A stretch of 64,000 nucleotides of DNA from Candidatus Magasanikiibacteriota bacterium (GTDB taxonomy: Bacteria > Patescibacteriota > Patescibacteriia > Magasanikbacterales > GWA2-37-8). Below are positions 38,087 through 48,691 of this stretch, piece after piece. The position numbers and the translations under genes are program-made. Under the pieces are notes generated by a model that worked only from the letters and a program-made list of their open reading frames with translations, was not told the DNA's origin and did no database searches. Position 1 is the stretch's first letter; each line of letters begins with the position of its first letter. The stretch lies in the NCBI GenBank assembly GCA_026396515.1, contig JAPLWQ010000002.1, positions 193,230 to 257,229 on the forward strand, in the 5' to 3' direction.

Positions 38087-38611
38087 ATGAAGGGCATACT
38101 ATTTGGAATCCTATCCGCGGGCTTGTTGGCATTGAGCGGCTGCACAATTTTGGGGCAACAAATACAAATCACTCCAGTTCAAAATATTCCTACGAATAAT
38201 GGCGTATCCAATCCGACAACGCCGGCAGTTAAGACCAGCGTCAAATTGGATCTGAGCAACCAACAACTGACAAAAGTCCCGGAGTATGTTTTTAATATGA
38301 CCAATTTGGAAGAGCTAAATCTTTCCAATAATCAACTCACCGGCGCCATCCAGTCGCAAATTGGACAGCTGAAAAAACTCAAAGTGCTTAATGCCAGCAA
38401 CAACTTGATGACCGGCGTGCCGGCCGAGGTCGGCCAACTGCAAAATTTACAGGTGCTGGATTTATCAAACAACCAGCTAACCGGGCTGCCTAATGAGCTG
38501 GCTAATTTGAAAAATCTCAAAACATTTAATATCTCGGGCAATAATTATTCGACGCAGGATTTGAATACTATTATGAAGGGCCTGCCGGCAAGCGTGAATA
38601 TTATTAAATAG
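38087..38611 (+). CDS. Leucine-rich repeat lipoprotein
   Basis: Lipobox LSGC; LxxLxLSNNQLTG repeats. Confidence 0.88.
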   Translation: MKGILFGILSAGLLALSGCTILGQQIQITPVQNIPTNNGVSNPTTPAVKTSVKLDLSNQQLTKVPEYVFNMTNLEELNLSNNQLTGAIQSQIGQLKKLKVLNASNNLMTGVPAEVGQLQNLQVLDLSNNQLTGLPNELANLKNLKTFNISGNNYSTQDLNTIMKGLPASVNIIK

Positions 38612-38736
38612 GTTCCCGCTCTGATAATAGCACGGAGCGCTCGCAATGTCTTAAATAAGAGCCTTGACATTTCTTGATGAATCCTCTAAATTAACGGACA
38701 AGAAACAAACCACTGCCCTTTAAAGAGGAGGAGACA

Positions 38737-39003
38737 ATGGATCTGAAGATCGGTGAAGAAGTGATGCTCGTCTTGGATAAAAAAGGCGCCCTGGAAGAGC
38801 CATCCGACGACTTCGATGATTTCGCGGCGAGAGCACTACACGGTAGGATTATCGGTACGACCGACTACTACGTCACCGTCGAGATCATGGACGACCAGTG
38901 CTCCGTCAAGCGTCTCATCGTGATGGAATCCAACTTCGACAAGCTGCGCTTCCACCCCGTCATGCCCACCCTACAGAACGCTAACCCACCGCCCAGCGCC
39001 TAG
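38737..39003 (+). CDS. Small orphan protein (SD-led cassette)
   Basis: GAGGAGG SD, TTGACA-17-TAAATT at 38664, hairpin CGACTCC/GGAGTCG after the stop. Confidence 0.7.
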   Translation: MDLKIGEEVMLVLDKKGALEEPSDDFDDFAARALHGRIIGTTDYYVTVEIMDDQCSVKRLIVMESNFDKLRFHPVMPTLQNANPPPSA

Positions 39004-39126
39004 CCAGAGCCCCTCCTTCCAATCCCGCCACGACTCCACATCAGGAGTCGTTTTCATTTCTATTGACAGAAACGCCAAAATCAATTAATATATGAACGCT
39101 CTCATTTTTTGTTCAAATTTCATAAT

Positions 39127-39381
39127 ATGCCAAATAAGCAAAATGCAAAAAAGGCTTTACGCCAAAATGTTAAGAGACAGGCTAGAAACAAGGCGAGAAA
39201 AACTGCTTTCCGCGAGGCGATAAAAAACGCCGGTAAAGCTGCTTCAGCAGAAGAAGCGAAGAAATTCGCCCGCGAAGCGCAGAAGGCATTGGATAAGGCG
39301 TCTAAGACAGGCGCGATCAGAAAAAAAACTGCTGCCCGCCGCCTCTCGCGATTGATGAAGAAGGTCAACAAAAAGAAGTAA
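39127..39381 (+). CDS. rpsT: 30S ribosomal protein S20
   Basis: MPNKQNAKKALRQ, LDKA, AARRLSRL. Confidence 0.95.
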   Translation: MPNKQNAKKALRQNVKRQARNKARKTAFREAIKNAGKAASAEEAKKFAREAQKALDKASKTGAIRKKTAARRLSRLMKKVNKKK

Positions 39382-39467
39382 CATTAAAACCGTCAGCCCA
39401 TAGCTGACGGTTTTTTTAATATCGGCTTGTCCAATTGAGCAAGGGAATTTGAACAAGCTAAAAAGCA

Positions 39468-40427
39468 CTAAAGCTTCCCCACGAAAAAATCTATCAATAC
39501 CGCCTGATCCGCCAGACCGGTTTTTGTTTTAACATCAATTTCCAGCAACTCATCATACGCGCGCCTTAAATCCGTCATAGTAAACTTCCTAACAATCGGC
39601 ATGCTTTTTTTTGCCACAAACGGATGCAATTTCATTTTTTTTGCCATCACATCGCTCGTAAGATTGTCCTCCCGCTCCCAGAGGTCCCTCATCTGCAACA
39701 ATATCTTGAATTGCCGCATAATCATAGCAAACAAATATGATTCATCTTCACCCAACCGGCGCTGTTCATTGATTAACTTAAACGCCAATTTTTTATTTCC
39801 GGAAATGATCGCGTCAACCATGTTAAAAATGTTGTCATCAACTTTCTCGTCGATAAACAACCTTACATCAGCCGTACCGATTTCAGCGCCATTTTTAAAG
39901 GCGACAAGCTGGTCAATCAGTGAGTTTAACAACCAGACATCGCCGGCGTCGGTTGCAAGAATTGACGCCGCCCTCGCATCAATTTTCCCGCCGCGCTCTT
40001 TCATCTCTTTAATTATCCATTTTGTCAGTTCTGCCTGGCTCATAGCGACAAACTCGTAAGCAAATTTTCCTTTTGCCAATATTTCCTGCAATTTTTTCGC
40101 CTCGCCGGATTTGCCGATCGGTTCCCCCTGCCAAACTACCGCCACATTCGTATCCGGAATTTTATTACCCTCGACCAACTCGCGAACCCTCTCCAAAAAA
40201 TCTTTATCTTTTGCGCTTAACAAATTTTGTATTACAACCATTCTTTTTTCAGCCAAAAAAGGGAGAGCCAGCATATCCTGGAGTATTTTGCCGGGATCAT
40301 CCGACTCAGCGTCAAAAATCAGGGTGTTATACCCCTGAGGATCGCGCTTCGCCTTGAATTCATTCACACTTTTGCGCAAAAATTCCCGGCTGCGAAATGT
40401 GTCATCACCGTAGATATAGATGATCAT
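39468..40427 (-). CDS. holA: DNA polymerase III delta subunit
   Basis: IIYIYGDD, LPFLAEKR, IFNMVD, HPFV, DVKTKTG. Confidence 0.9.
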   Translation of the reverse strand: MIIYIYGDDTFRSREFLRKSVNEFKAKRDPQGYNTLIFDAESDDPGKILQDMLALPFLAEKRMVVIQNLLSAKDKDFLERVRELVEGNKIPDTNVAVVWQGEPIGKSGEAKKLQEILAKGKFAYEFVAMSQAELTKWIIKEMKERGGKIDARAASILATDAGDVWLLNSLIDQLVAFKNGAEIGTADVRLFIDEKVDDNIFNMVDAIISGNKKLAFKLINEQRRLGEDESYLFAMIMRQFKILLQMRDLWEREDNLTSDVMAKKMKLHPFVAKKSMPIVRKFTMTDLRRAYDELLEIDVKTKTGLADQAVLIDFFVGKL

Positions 40428-40514
40428 AGACGGTGTCATAATACAATTCTTTACAAAACTTGGCAAATCAAATTAGAAAATGTATTATTCATCTATAATT
40501 TATTGTTTAACATT

Positions 40515-41210
40515 ATGGACAAAAAACATTCCTTAACGGCGTTATTCCACATGGCGGGTGATGAAGAAACCGGCAGTAATGTGGTTGATATGTATAAACT
40601 CCACCAGATTGCTGAAGATCAAGAACGAAAAAAAGTCGTCGGTGATACGGTGAAACATCTGGAAGAAATTTTAGCCGACATTGGCAGTATCCGGCTTAAG
40701 AAAGAAGACACAAAACAACAAGTTATTTTGAATAAACAAAAAGATACTTCCCGCGAACTTTTGAACGGTGTAATAGAAAGCGCGAAAACCTATCTTGAAA
40801 CAGTAATGAGTACTGAAAATTATAAACAAGGGAGAGAACACTTGGAACAACAGGATTATCTGGAAGGTCTTAAAAAAATGGATATAATGCGCGAACAAAA
40901 ACACAATCTTTTAATTGATGCTATTAACATCGCTAACCGTTATATATCGCTGCATTTCTCAAAATTGAAAACAGATGACCTTGATGCGTTTATCGAAGAT
41001 GAAGAAAATAAAGGAAGAGCCACAATAGATGTGCAAAGAATTATTTTACCGATTTCCGGAATATGTACGGCGGGAATTAATTTAAGAGACCGGAAATCAA
41101 TCGCCAACTGGGCCCGCGTGCTATCTTCAGAACTTTCGGACTATAAAAAAATCAACGGAAGAGACTATGCTCTTCCGTTGGAGGGTGGTGATGGAGGTCA
41201 GAGGGCTTGA
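40515..41210 (+). CDS. Hypothetical helical protein
   Basis: ATG 40515; 3' end overlaps the convergent orphan gene. Confidence 0.65.
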   Translation: MDKKHSLTALFHMAGDEETGSNVVDMYKLHQIAEDQERKKVVGDTVKHLEEILADIGSIRLKKEDTKQQVILNKQKDTSRELLNGVIESAKTYLETVMSTENYKQGREHLEQQDYLEGLKKMDIMREQKHNLLIDAINIANRYISLHFSKLKTDDLDAFIEDEENKGRATIDVQRIILPISGICTAGINLRDRKSIANWARVLSSELSDYKKINGRDYALPLEGGDGGQRA

Positions 41211-41425
41211 CGAAGCGCCGCGTCGCAGTAGGCGCGAACCTCGCTCTCAAGATCAATACCCGGTGGGCAATGAAGCTCGAGGCGCAGTTGCGTGATATTG
41301 TTATCAATCTCCGACTGGATTGGAGTGATAGGCTGGTTGTTGAGAGCCAGCCAACCGCGATCCATCATCAAAAAGTACGTTTCCCGAACCAGTTTCCTGG
41401 TATTGTCATTATCCGGCCGTATCAT
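41198..41425 (-). CDS. Small orphan protein (SD-led cassette)
   Basis: GGAAGGAGGG SD; TTGACA at 41494. Confidence 0.65.
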   Translation of the reverse strand: MIRPDNDNTRKLVRETYFLMMDRGWLALNNQPITPIQSEIDNNITQLRLELHCPPGIDLESEVRAYCDAALRQAL

Positions 41426-41546
41426 CTAAATACCCTCCTTCCAAGGTAGTTCAGGTTAATGGAGAACATTATCACAACTTCCCCGGCCTGTCAATGCTGA
41501 TATCAAAAAACACCTGCTTGAGGGTGTTTTTTCTATTTTGACTAAA

Positions 41547-44225
41547 TTACTTTATCTCCCCCCAATTTTTTGCAGTATGCACCTCAACAATCACCGCTAC
41601 ACGCAAATGCACTACTGTTTCCATTGCATCTTTAACAATTTTTGACACTTCCCCTGCTAATCCTTCCTTTACTTCAAAAACCAGTTCATCATGCACCTGC
41701 AATAATAATTTTACTTCGTCCGATGAATATTTATTCAGCTTTTTTTCGATTTCGATCATCGCCATTTTCATGAGATCAGCCGCCGTGCCCTGCACCGGGT
41801 GGTTAATCGCCATCCGCTCAGCTGCCGCCCGTAATTGAAAATTCGATGCATTCAATTCCGGGATATACCGACGCCGGCCGAACAATGTTTCAGAGTAACC
41901 TTCCTTCTTAGCAAAGGCGATGGTATCTTCCAGATATTTCTTTACCCCGCTGAATTCAGAAAAATACTTATCAATAAACCGTTTAGCATCAGCTTGCGTC
42001 AGGTCAGCCCGCCAGCTCAAACCGTATGACCCCATTCCGTAAAGTACGCCAAAATTTACTTCCTTTGCCGCACGGCGCATTTCTTTTGTCACTTTATCAA
42101 GTGGCACGCCATTGATCGCTGCCGCTGTAGCACGATGGATATCTTCGCCGCGTTGAAAAATTTCTATCATTTTTTTGTCTTCAGCCAACGAGGCTACAAT
42201 ACGCAGTTCAATCTGAGAATAATCCGCACTAATCAGTATATTTCCTTTTTCAGCGATAAATGTTTTCCTAATTTCCGCTCCCAATTCAGAGCGGATCGGT
42301 ATATTCTGCAAATTCGGGTCTGAACTGGACAGGCGACCGGTCGCGGTCACCGCCTGATTATAGGTGGTGTGTACCCTGCCGGTTTTCGGGTTGACCAATA
42401 ACGGCAATACATCTACATAAGTATTTTGCAGTTTTGTCAGTTCGCGCCAGTGTTCAATTTTATCAATAATCGGATGGAGGCCACGCATTTTTTCCAGTTC
42501 AGCCGCGGCTGTAGACAAGCCGGTCTTGCCTTTTTTAATGCCCAGTGCCGGAATATCCATCTTCTCAAACAAAACCTCGCGCAATTGAACCGGTGAACCG
42601 ATGTTAAATTCAGAGCCGGCCATTTCATATATGGCCTTTGTCTCTCTTTGTATTTCGCCGGCGATATGTTTAGAAAGCCGATCCAGTTCCGCCAAATCAA
42701 CCGCTATTCCGTTTATTTCCATTTGCGCCAAAATCAGAGCCACAGGAATCTCAATTTTTGTCAGCAAATCCAAATTATTAGCGCTTTCAAGATCTCTCTG
42801 TAGGTTGTCTTTCGCCAATGTCAGCATGTGCAATTCTCCGATCGCCACTCGCGCGTCCGGACCAAATAAACTGTTTTGACTGCCGCCGCCAGATAGTTCT
42901 TTCCCTAAATATTTTAAAACAATACTTATCGGATCATGAGCTCGCGAACCGGGACTGAGTAAATATGAGGCAAGCATTAAATCAAATATTTCATTCCTTA
43001 GAAGCCACTTTTTATTCAGCAATATTTTTGCCAATTTTTTTATATCATGCGCAATAAGGGTGAGGGACTCGTCACTAAAGATATCTTTCATCATTTCCGC
43101 CGCTTCCTCTGAAATAAAATATCCATACTCGCCGATGACTAAGGCAAACCCATAAAATTTTGCCGAAAAAATATCATCACCCGAAGTTAAGGCACGGCAA
43201 CTGAACACGCCCATCTTTCTCAATTTATCGCCCACCTTTTCAAACGACTTTCTGTCATTTATTTCCTCAAATATTATTTTTTTAATCGCCCCGCGCTTGG
43301 TTTTCTCTTTCTTAACTAATTCCACAACCGGCGAACCGGGCAACCGTTTTAACAATGAAACGAATTCCATTTCCTGAAATAATTTAACCACTTTTTCGCG
43401 ATCGAAATCTTTAGCCCGGCAATCCTCGAGTATAAAATCAACTCCGGGCACATTCTGATCAATCGTCGCCAGCTCATAACTCATATTCGCACTCTCTTCG
43501 CCGGAAATTAATTTCTCCAAGACACCCGGTTTAATGCTGCTACTTTCTCTTTTCTTCTTACTGTTTACTGTTTTATAAATTTCTTTTACACTGCCAAATT
43601 TCTGCAACAACTCAACCGCTGTTTTTTCACCGACGCCGGGCACGCCCGGAATATTATCCGATGCATCGCCGCGCAATGCCTTATAGTCAATCATCTGCTC
43701 AGGATTAAAACCAAAAGTTTCTTTAACTGCCGCCGCGTCATAAGTAACCGTGTCGCTCATCCCTTTGCGTAAAGTAAAGACTTTAACATTTTTATCAATC
43801 AGCTGAAGTGTATCTTTATCTCCGGTAACAACCACTATTTCCAGATCGGTATTATTTTTAGTTTTCTTTACCACGGTGCCGATAACATCATCAGCTTCAT
43901 ATCCTTGCTTTTCAAAAATCGGGATATTAAAGGCCGATACCAAATCGTGAACCATCGGAATTTGGTCGTAGAGCTCCTGATCGGCTTTGACGCGGGTGGC
44001 TTTGTACTTGTCATATTTCTCATGCCGAAAAGTCGGGCCCGCCATATCAAAAGTTACAGCAATATATTCCGGTTTCAAATCACGCCATACTTTAAGCAGC
44101 ATGGAGGTAAAACCATAAACAGCGTTTACCAAAACACCCTTTTTCGTGATCATCGGCGGCAGGGCATGGTAGGCGCGGTGAATAATAGCATTTCCGTCAA
44201 TTATTATCAGGCGTTTCATATACAA
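41547..44225 (-). CDS. polA: DNA polymerase I
   Basis: IIDGN..HRAYHA, YEADD, TGRLSS, DYSQIELR, QVHDEL. Confidence 0.97.
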   Translation of the reverse strand: MYMKRLIIIDGNAIIHRAYHALPPMITKKGVLVNAVYGFTSMLLKVWRDLKPEYIAVTFDMAGPTFRHEKYDKYKATRVKADQELYDQIPMVHDLVSAFNIPIFEKQGYEADDVIGTVVKKTKNNTDLEIVVVTGDKDTLQLIDKNVKVFTLRKGMSDTVTYDAAAVKETFGFNPEQMIDYKALRGDASDNIPGVPGVGEKTAVELLQKFGSVKEIYKTVNSKKKRESSSIKPGVLEKLISGEESANMSYELATIDQNVPGVDFILEDCRAKDFDREKVVKLFQEMEFVSLLKRLPGSPVVELVKKEKTKRGAIKKIIFEEINDRKSFEKVGDKLRKMGVFSCRALTSGDDIFSAKFYGFALVIGEYGYFISEEAAEMMKDIFSDESLTLIAHDIKKLAKILLNKKWLLRNEIFDLMLASYLLSPGSRAHDPISIVLKYLGKELSGGGSQNSLFGPDARVAIGELHMLTLAKDNLQRDLESANNLDLLTKIEIPVALILAQMEINGIAVDLAELDRLSKHIAGEIQRETKAIYEMAGSEFNIGSPVQLREVLFEKMDIPALGIKKGKTGLSTAAAELEKMRGLHPIIDKIEHWRELTKLQNTYVDVLPLLVNPKTGRVHTTYNQAVTATGRLSSSDPNLQNIPIRSELGAEIRKTFIAEKGNILISADYSQIELRIVASLAEDKKMIEIFQRGEDIHRATAAAINGVPLDKVTKEMRRAAKEVNFGVLYGMGSYGLSWRADLTQADAKRFIDKYFSEFSGVKKYLEDTIAFAKKEGYSETLFGRRRYIPELNASNFQLRAAAERMAINHPVQGTAADLMKMAMIEIEKKLNKYSSDEVKLLLQVHDELVFEVKEGLAGEVSKIVKDAMETVVHLRVAVIVEVHTAKNWGEIK

Positions 44226-44297
44226 ATATTATACTCATTTTACGTCAAAACTGCGGTTTCCGCAACAGAATAAAAAACCCGCCGATGGCGGATTTTG

Positions 44298-44369
44298 AGG
44301 TACCGGTGGGAATTGCACCCACGCATAGAGGTTTTGCAGACCTCTGCCTTACTGCTTGGCTACGGTACC
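44298..44369 (-). tRNA. tRNA-Cys(GCA)
   Basis: GAGGT-CTGCAAA-ACCTC; U discriminator; variant T-loop GTGCAAT. Confidence 0.9.
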
Positions 44370-44420
44370 ATATTTTTTGTGCTAGAAATATAACACAAAA
44401 AATGTTCTCTTTCAAGATTG

Positions 44421-45755
44421 CTACCTGACGTATTTCAGTGGGTTCATTCTAGCGCCATTAACACGCACTTCAAAGTGCAGGTGGATGCCGGTTCGGCCGC
44501 GCACATTACCGGTGTTGCCCATTAAGCCGATTGTCTGACCGGTTGTTACCTGGTCGCCGACACTAACTAATAATTTATTATTGTGGCCATATAATGTAAC
44601 AACGCCATTGCCATGATCAATCATAATTTCACAACCATAGCCATTATTCCAGCCACATTGCGATTTGATAACCGTGCCGGCTCTGGCGGCGTAATTGGCA
44701 GTGTTCATCGGGCCGGCCAGATCTAAACCATAATGGCGCCAGCCGTAATACTGAGTTATCGTTCTCGCTGCTGTAGGCCAGACATAACCAGCCACAGTCG
44801 GAGCTTGAGCTGATGAAGCCGGTTTTGCGCCTGCATATTTGCCTTGCGTGGCGGTATACTGCAAAGGTGTCCGTACTGCAGGTGCCTCCTGTTTCGCGCC
44901 TCCCGGAACCATAATTTTTTCTCCAATCACTAAATCAGTACCATCCTCTTTTAAATTATTAAATTTAATAATGTCTTCCTGCTTTGAACCATATGCGGCA
45001 GCAATTTTCTTAAGCGTGTCTCCTTTTTTGATTGTGTGCATCACGCCGGTGGTCGGGGGTATCCGTATCGCATCACCCGGCCTGATTATTGATCGCACGC
45101 CAAGACTATTTTCCCACATCAGAGTAGCCACACTAATTCCATATCGATAAGCAATGCTTGATAGAGAATCTCCCGGTTCAATCGTATAATTGATAATATT
45201 TTTTCTTTCGACCCCGACAATGACCATCCCTGGGATAAGCGACGGCTTAATAACCGCGCCTCCGCCCAATGCCATCATGCCGAGCTCCGTTGAAACAACA
45301 TTTTCCTGCGAACCGCTACCGGCGGGTTCGCTTTCAACCGCTCCTGTGCGCCACACCGGCGCCGCAACCGGCACATATCCAGTATTTGAACCGCTCACTA
45401 TTTCTTCGACACCGTAGTCCTCGCCCGGTCCAAAAAGCTGGTAGGCAATGGTATTTTGCCCCGGACGCGCGCCAATTTCTTTTGACAATAATTTAGTCTG
45501 CGGCAACGCTGAAATAAAAAGTACAGCGAGTAAAATTAGCTGCAAATTGTCGCGTTTAAGCCACCAAATTTGATCCTTTCCCCAGCCCACCCGACGCAAG
45601 TAGTATTCCAACTTATAATTCCAGAAAGCAAAAAAACGCCAAATCTTGGCGGAAAATTTGGCTAATACATAATGCATTTTTGATCCAAGCCACCAGGAAA
45701 ACCGTTTTAGACCGATCAGCAAGTGCAGTATTTTTAACAACACCTTGTATTTCAT
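44421..45755 (-). CDS. LysM plus M23 family peptidase
   Basis: Two LysM (GDSLSSIA, GDTLKKIA); HYGLD, YGH, HLHFE. Confidence 0.92.
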   Translation of the reverse strand: MKYKVLLKILHLLIGLKRFSWWLGSKMHYVLAKFSAKIWRFFAFWNYKLEYYLRRVGWGKDQIWWLKRDNLQLILLAVLFISALPQTKLLSKEIGARPGQNTIAYQLFGPGEDYGVEEIVSGSNTGYVPVAAPVWRTGAVESEPAGSGSQENVVSTELGMMALGGGAVIKPSLIPGMVIVGVERKNIINYTIEPGDSLSSIAYRYGISVATLMWENSLGVRSIIRPGDAIRIPPTTGVMHTIKKGDTLKKIAAAYGSKQEDIIKFNNLKEDGTDLVIGEKIMVPGGAKQEAPAVRTPLQYTATQGKYAGAKPASSAQAPTVAGYVWPTAARTITQYYGWRHYGLDLAGPMNTANYAARAGTVIKSQCGWNNGYGCEIMIDHGNGVVTLYGHNNKLLVSVGDQVTTGQTIGLMGNTGNVRGRTGIHLHFEVRVNGARMNPLKYVR

Positions 45756-45851
45756 ATCTTGACGATACGGCCCTAATAGCATATTATATTTATCGCATAA
45801 AAGCAAGATGAGGGAGACCTCTAAATTTAATCAATTTAATCTATTTTCTTT

Positions 45852-47849
45852 ATGACAACGAACGTTATTATTGCTCTAGGCGCAATTATCCCAGCTTTGG
45901 CCGCAGTGGTCTATGGCGTGATTCTTATCCGCTGGATCAACAAACAACCGGCCGGCGACGAACGCATGCAGGCCATTGCCCGCGCTATTCAAGATGGAGC
46001 CAAGGCCTATTTGGGCAGACAATACAAAACCATTGCCATGGTGGCAATCGTTATGTTTTTTGTAATCGGTATCGCGACCGATTGGATCACTGCCCTAGGA
46101 TTCTTGCTTGGGGCGATTCTTTCCGGGGCGGTCGGCATTATCGGTATGAATATATCGGTCCGAGCTAATGTGCGTACTGCCGAGGCCGCTAAAAAAGGTT
46201 TTAAGGAGGCATTAAACATGGCCGTCCGGGGCGGTTCTATCACCGGTCTTCTGGTGGCCGGCCTGGCATTGTTTGGAGTAGCCGGATTCTACATTGTTAC
46301 AAAAGATGTTTTTGCGCTCGTTGGTTTGGGTTTTGGCGCAAGTTTAATTTCTATCTTTGCCCGTATCGGCGGCGGAATCTTCACCAAGGCGGCCGATGTC
46401 GGCGCTGACTTGGTTGGAAAAGTTGAAAAAGGAATTCCTGAGGATGATCCGCGCAACCCGGCTGTTATTGCTGATAATGTAGGTGATAATGTGGGCGATT
46501 GCGCCGGCATGGCTGCTGATCTGTTTGAAACGTACGCGGTTACAGTCATCGCCGCAATGGTGCTTGCCTCGCTCCTCTTCCCGGGTAATAATAAAATTTT
46601 AATCTTGCCGCTCATTCTCGGCGGCGTGTCAATGATTGCTTCTATCCTTGGTACACTTTGCATCCGCGTCGGCAAAGATCAAAAAGTGATGAAGGCACTG
46701 TATAAAGGTCTTGCTGCTGCGGGCATTCTTGCCCTTATTGGTTTTTATCCGGTTACAAAATGGCTGGCTGCGGGATTGGAAAATATTAAAATTAACAACC
46801 TGTACCTCACGGGCATTATCGGTTTGGCACTCACGGGTATTATGGTTTTCCTCACTGAATACTATACTTCCCAAAAATATAAGCCGGTGCAAGCGATCGC
46901 CAAGGCCTCCACTACCGGACACGGCACAAATATAATCGCCGGCCTGGCAGTTTCAATGAAGGCCACCGTTCTGCCGGTTCTGTGTATAGTAGCCGCCATT
47001 CTTGCCTCATTCTGGCTTGCAGGCATTTTCGGCGTAGCCATTGCTGCCGTGGCCATGCTTTCGCTCACTGGTATTATCGTGACGATTGATGCTTACGGCC
47101 CGATTACTGACAACGCCGGTGGAATTGCGGAAATGGCAAACCTGCCAAAAGAAGTTCGCGATATTACCGATCCGCTGGACTCTGTCGGCAATACCACAAA
47201 AGCAGTAACAAAAGGCTACGCCATTGCATCAGCTGGTTTAGCCGCGCTAGTTTTGTTTGCCGATTTTACACACAAACTTCCCTCAACAATGCAATTTCTA
47301 ATCGATGATCCAAAAGTTCTCGCCGGTTTATTTATCGGTGGTTTACTGCCATACTTATTCGCCGCACGATTAATGGAATCGGTTGGAGTAGTGGCGGGAC
47401 AAGTAGTAGAAGAGGTTCGCCGCCAATTTAAAGAAATCACGGGAATTATGGAGGGCACAAACAAGCCCGATTATGGCAAGGCGGTTGATATTGTGACAAA
47501 GGGCGCTATTGGCCAAATGGTATTGCCGGCGTTAATCCCTGTTATTGCGCCTATCCTAGTAGGCTTTATTCTTGGTCCGCAGGCCTTGGGCGGCATGCTC
47601 GTCGGTACAATCATCACCGGTTTGTTTATGGCCATATCAATGACAACCGGCGGCGGCGCTTGGGATAATGCCAAAAAATATATTGAGGAAGGCAACCACG
47701 GCGGTAAGGGCTCCTTCGCCCATCAGGCCGCGGTCACTGGCGACACTGTTGGCGATCCGTACAAAGACACTGCCGGCCCGGCCATTAACCCCATGATTAA
47801 GGTCGCAAACATAGTAGCCCTTCTGATTGTTGGATTACTAATCCGATAA
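45852..47849 (+). CDS. hppA: Membrane pyrophosphatase, predicted K+-independent H+-PPase
   Basis: [28 protein letters not shown]; GNTTKA has the Lys determinant of K+-independent enzymes. Confidence 0.95.
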   Translation: MTTNVIIALGAIIPALAAVVYGVILIRWINKQPAGDERMQAIARAIQDGAKAYLGRQYKTIAMVAIVMFFVIGIATDWITALGFLLGAILSGAVGIIGMNISVRANVRTAEAAKKGFKEALNMAVRGGSITGLLVAGLALFGVAGFYIVTKDVFALVGLGFGASLISIFARIGGGIFTKAADVGADLVGKVEKGIPEDDPRNPAVIADNVGDNVGDCAGMAADLFETYAVTVIAAMVLASLLFPGNNKILILPLILGGVSMIASILGTLCIRVGKDQKVMKALYKGLAAAGILALIGFYPVTKWLAAGLENIKINNLYLTGIIGLALTGIMVFLTEYYTSQKYKPVQAIAKASTTGHGTNIIAGLAVSMKATVLPVLCIVAAILASFWLAGIFGVAIAAVAMLSLTGIIVTIDAYGPITDNAGGIAEMANLPKEVRDITDPLDSVGNTTKAVTKGYAIASAGLAALVLFADFTHKLPSTMQFLIDDPKVLAGLFIGGLLPYLFAARLMESVGVVAGQVVEEVRRQFKEITGIMEGTNKPDYGKAVDIVTKGAIGQMVLPALIPVIAPILVGFILGPQALGGMLVGTIITGLFMAISMTTGGGAWDNAKKYIEEGNHGGKGSFAHQAAVTGDTVGDPYKDTAGPAINPMIKVANIVALLIVGLLIR

Positions 47850-47950
47850 ACCCGACTTGCCCCGTAGCGAGGCCGAAGGCCTCTGCTACTGGGGTAATAA
47901 AAGTGGCGAATATTGTTGCCTTGCTGATTGTTGGATTGTTGATTAAATAG
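47849..47950 (+). pseudogene. Displaced duplicate hppA 3' end with 39-bp palindromic insertion
   Basis: Translates NP[TCPVARPKASATGV][17 protein letters not shown] versus gene end [20 protein letters not shown]. Confidence 0.85.
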
Positions 47951-48102
47951 ATATATTGTTATTAAAGAACACCCTGCACAATGTCAGGGTGTTTTTTAAT
48001 TATTTTGACGCCAAAAATATCCGCAAACAAGTAGAAATATTGACATCTTGGCTGATTTATGGTACCGTTACTTGTCGATCTTTTCACCAAAAGGGGGCAT
48101 AA

Positions 48103-48585
48103 ATGTCTTCTCAACAAATAGACGAAATGCTGACCTACGTCAGCCAAATCATGCATCAAATTGAGCAGGGCGACATCCCCGCGGCCGAAATCGAACTGAT
48201 TGTTTCGCTGTTCGCCGGCCTGATCAAACCCGAGAGTCGCGCCAAGGTTCTTCGCTCATTGACGAGAACCATTCCGACCATGCCGCCGGCATCAGCCGAT
48301 GCGCCGGACGAAGGGCCGATTACCATTGAGTCGGAGAAGGAGCTCATCGAGCAGAGGGGTCGGGAAGAAACGATCGCCATCTCCACGGAGCCGCAGGATC
48401 TGCCGACCTATGCCGCCAAGATTGGTATAAAACCCACGGGCGATACAACCTACCACATGGTCGGCCAGGGGGCTCACGCCGGACCCCACAGGGGCGGGCT
48501 GCGGGCCGCCAACCTCGACGAGCAAACCACAAAACAACGCCGAGTCATCGATGTCCGCAGTCTCCGCGGCCCGGGCAAAGATTAA
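48103..48585 (+). CDS. Orphan hypothetical protein (SD-led cassette)
   Basis: AAAGGGGG SD, TTGACA-17-TACCGT at 48040, terminator ACCAGCC/GGCTGGT plus Ts. Confidence 0.7.
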   Translation: MSSQQIDEMLTYVSQIMHQIEQGDIPAAEIELIVSLFAGLIKPESRAKVLRSLTRTIPTMPPASADAPDEGPITIESEKELIEQRGREETIAISTEPQDLPTYAAKIGIKPTGDTTYHMVGQGAHAGPHRGGLRAANLDEQTTKQRRVIDVRSLRGPGKD

Positions 48586-48691
48586 CTCGCGCACCTTTCC
48601 GAACCAGCCCCACAGGCTGGTTTTTCCATATATAATTGACTTTTCTCAATATTTCCGCTAAACTGCCAATTGCTTTTATTAACATCATTAT

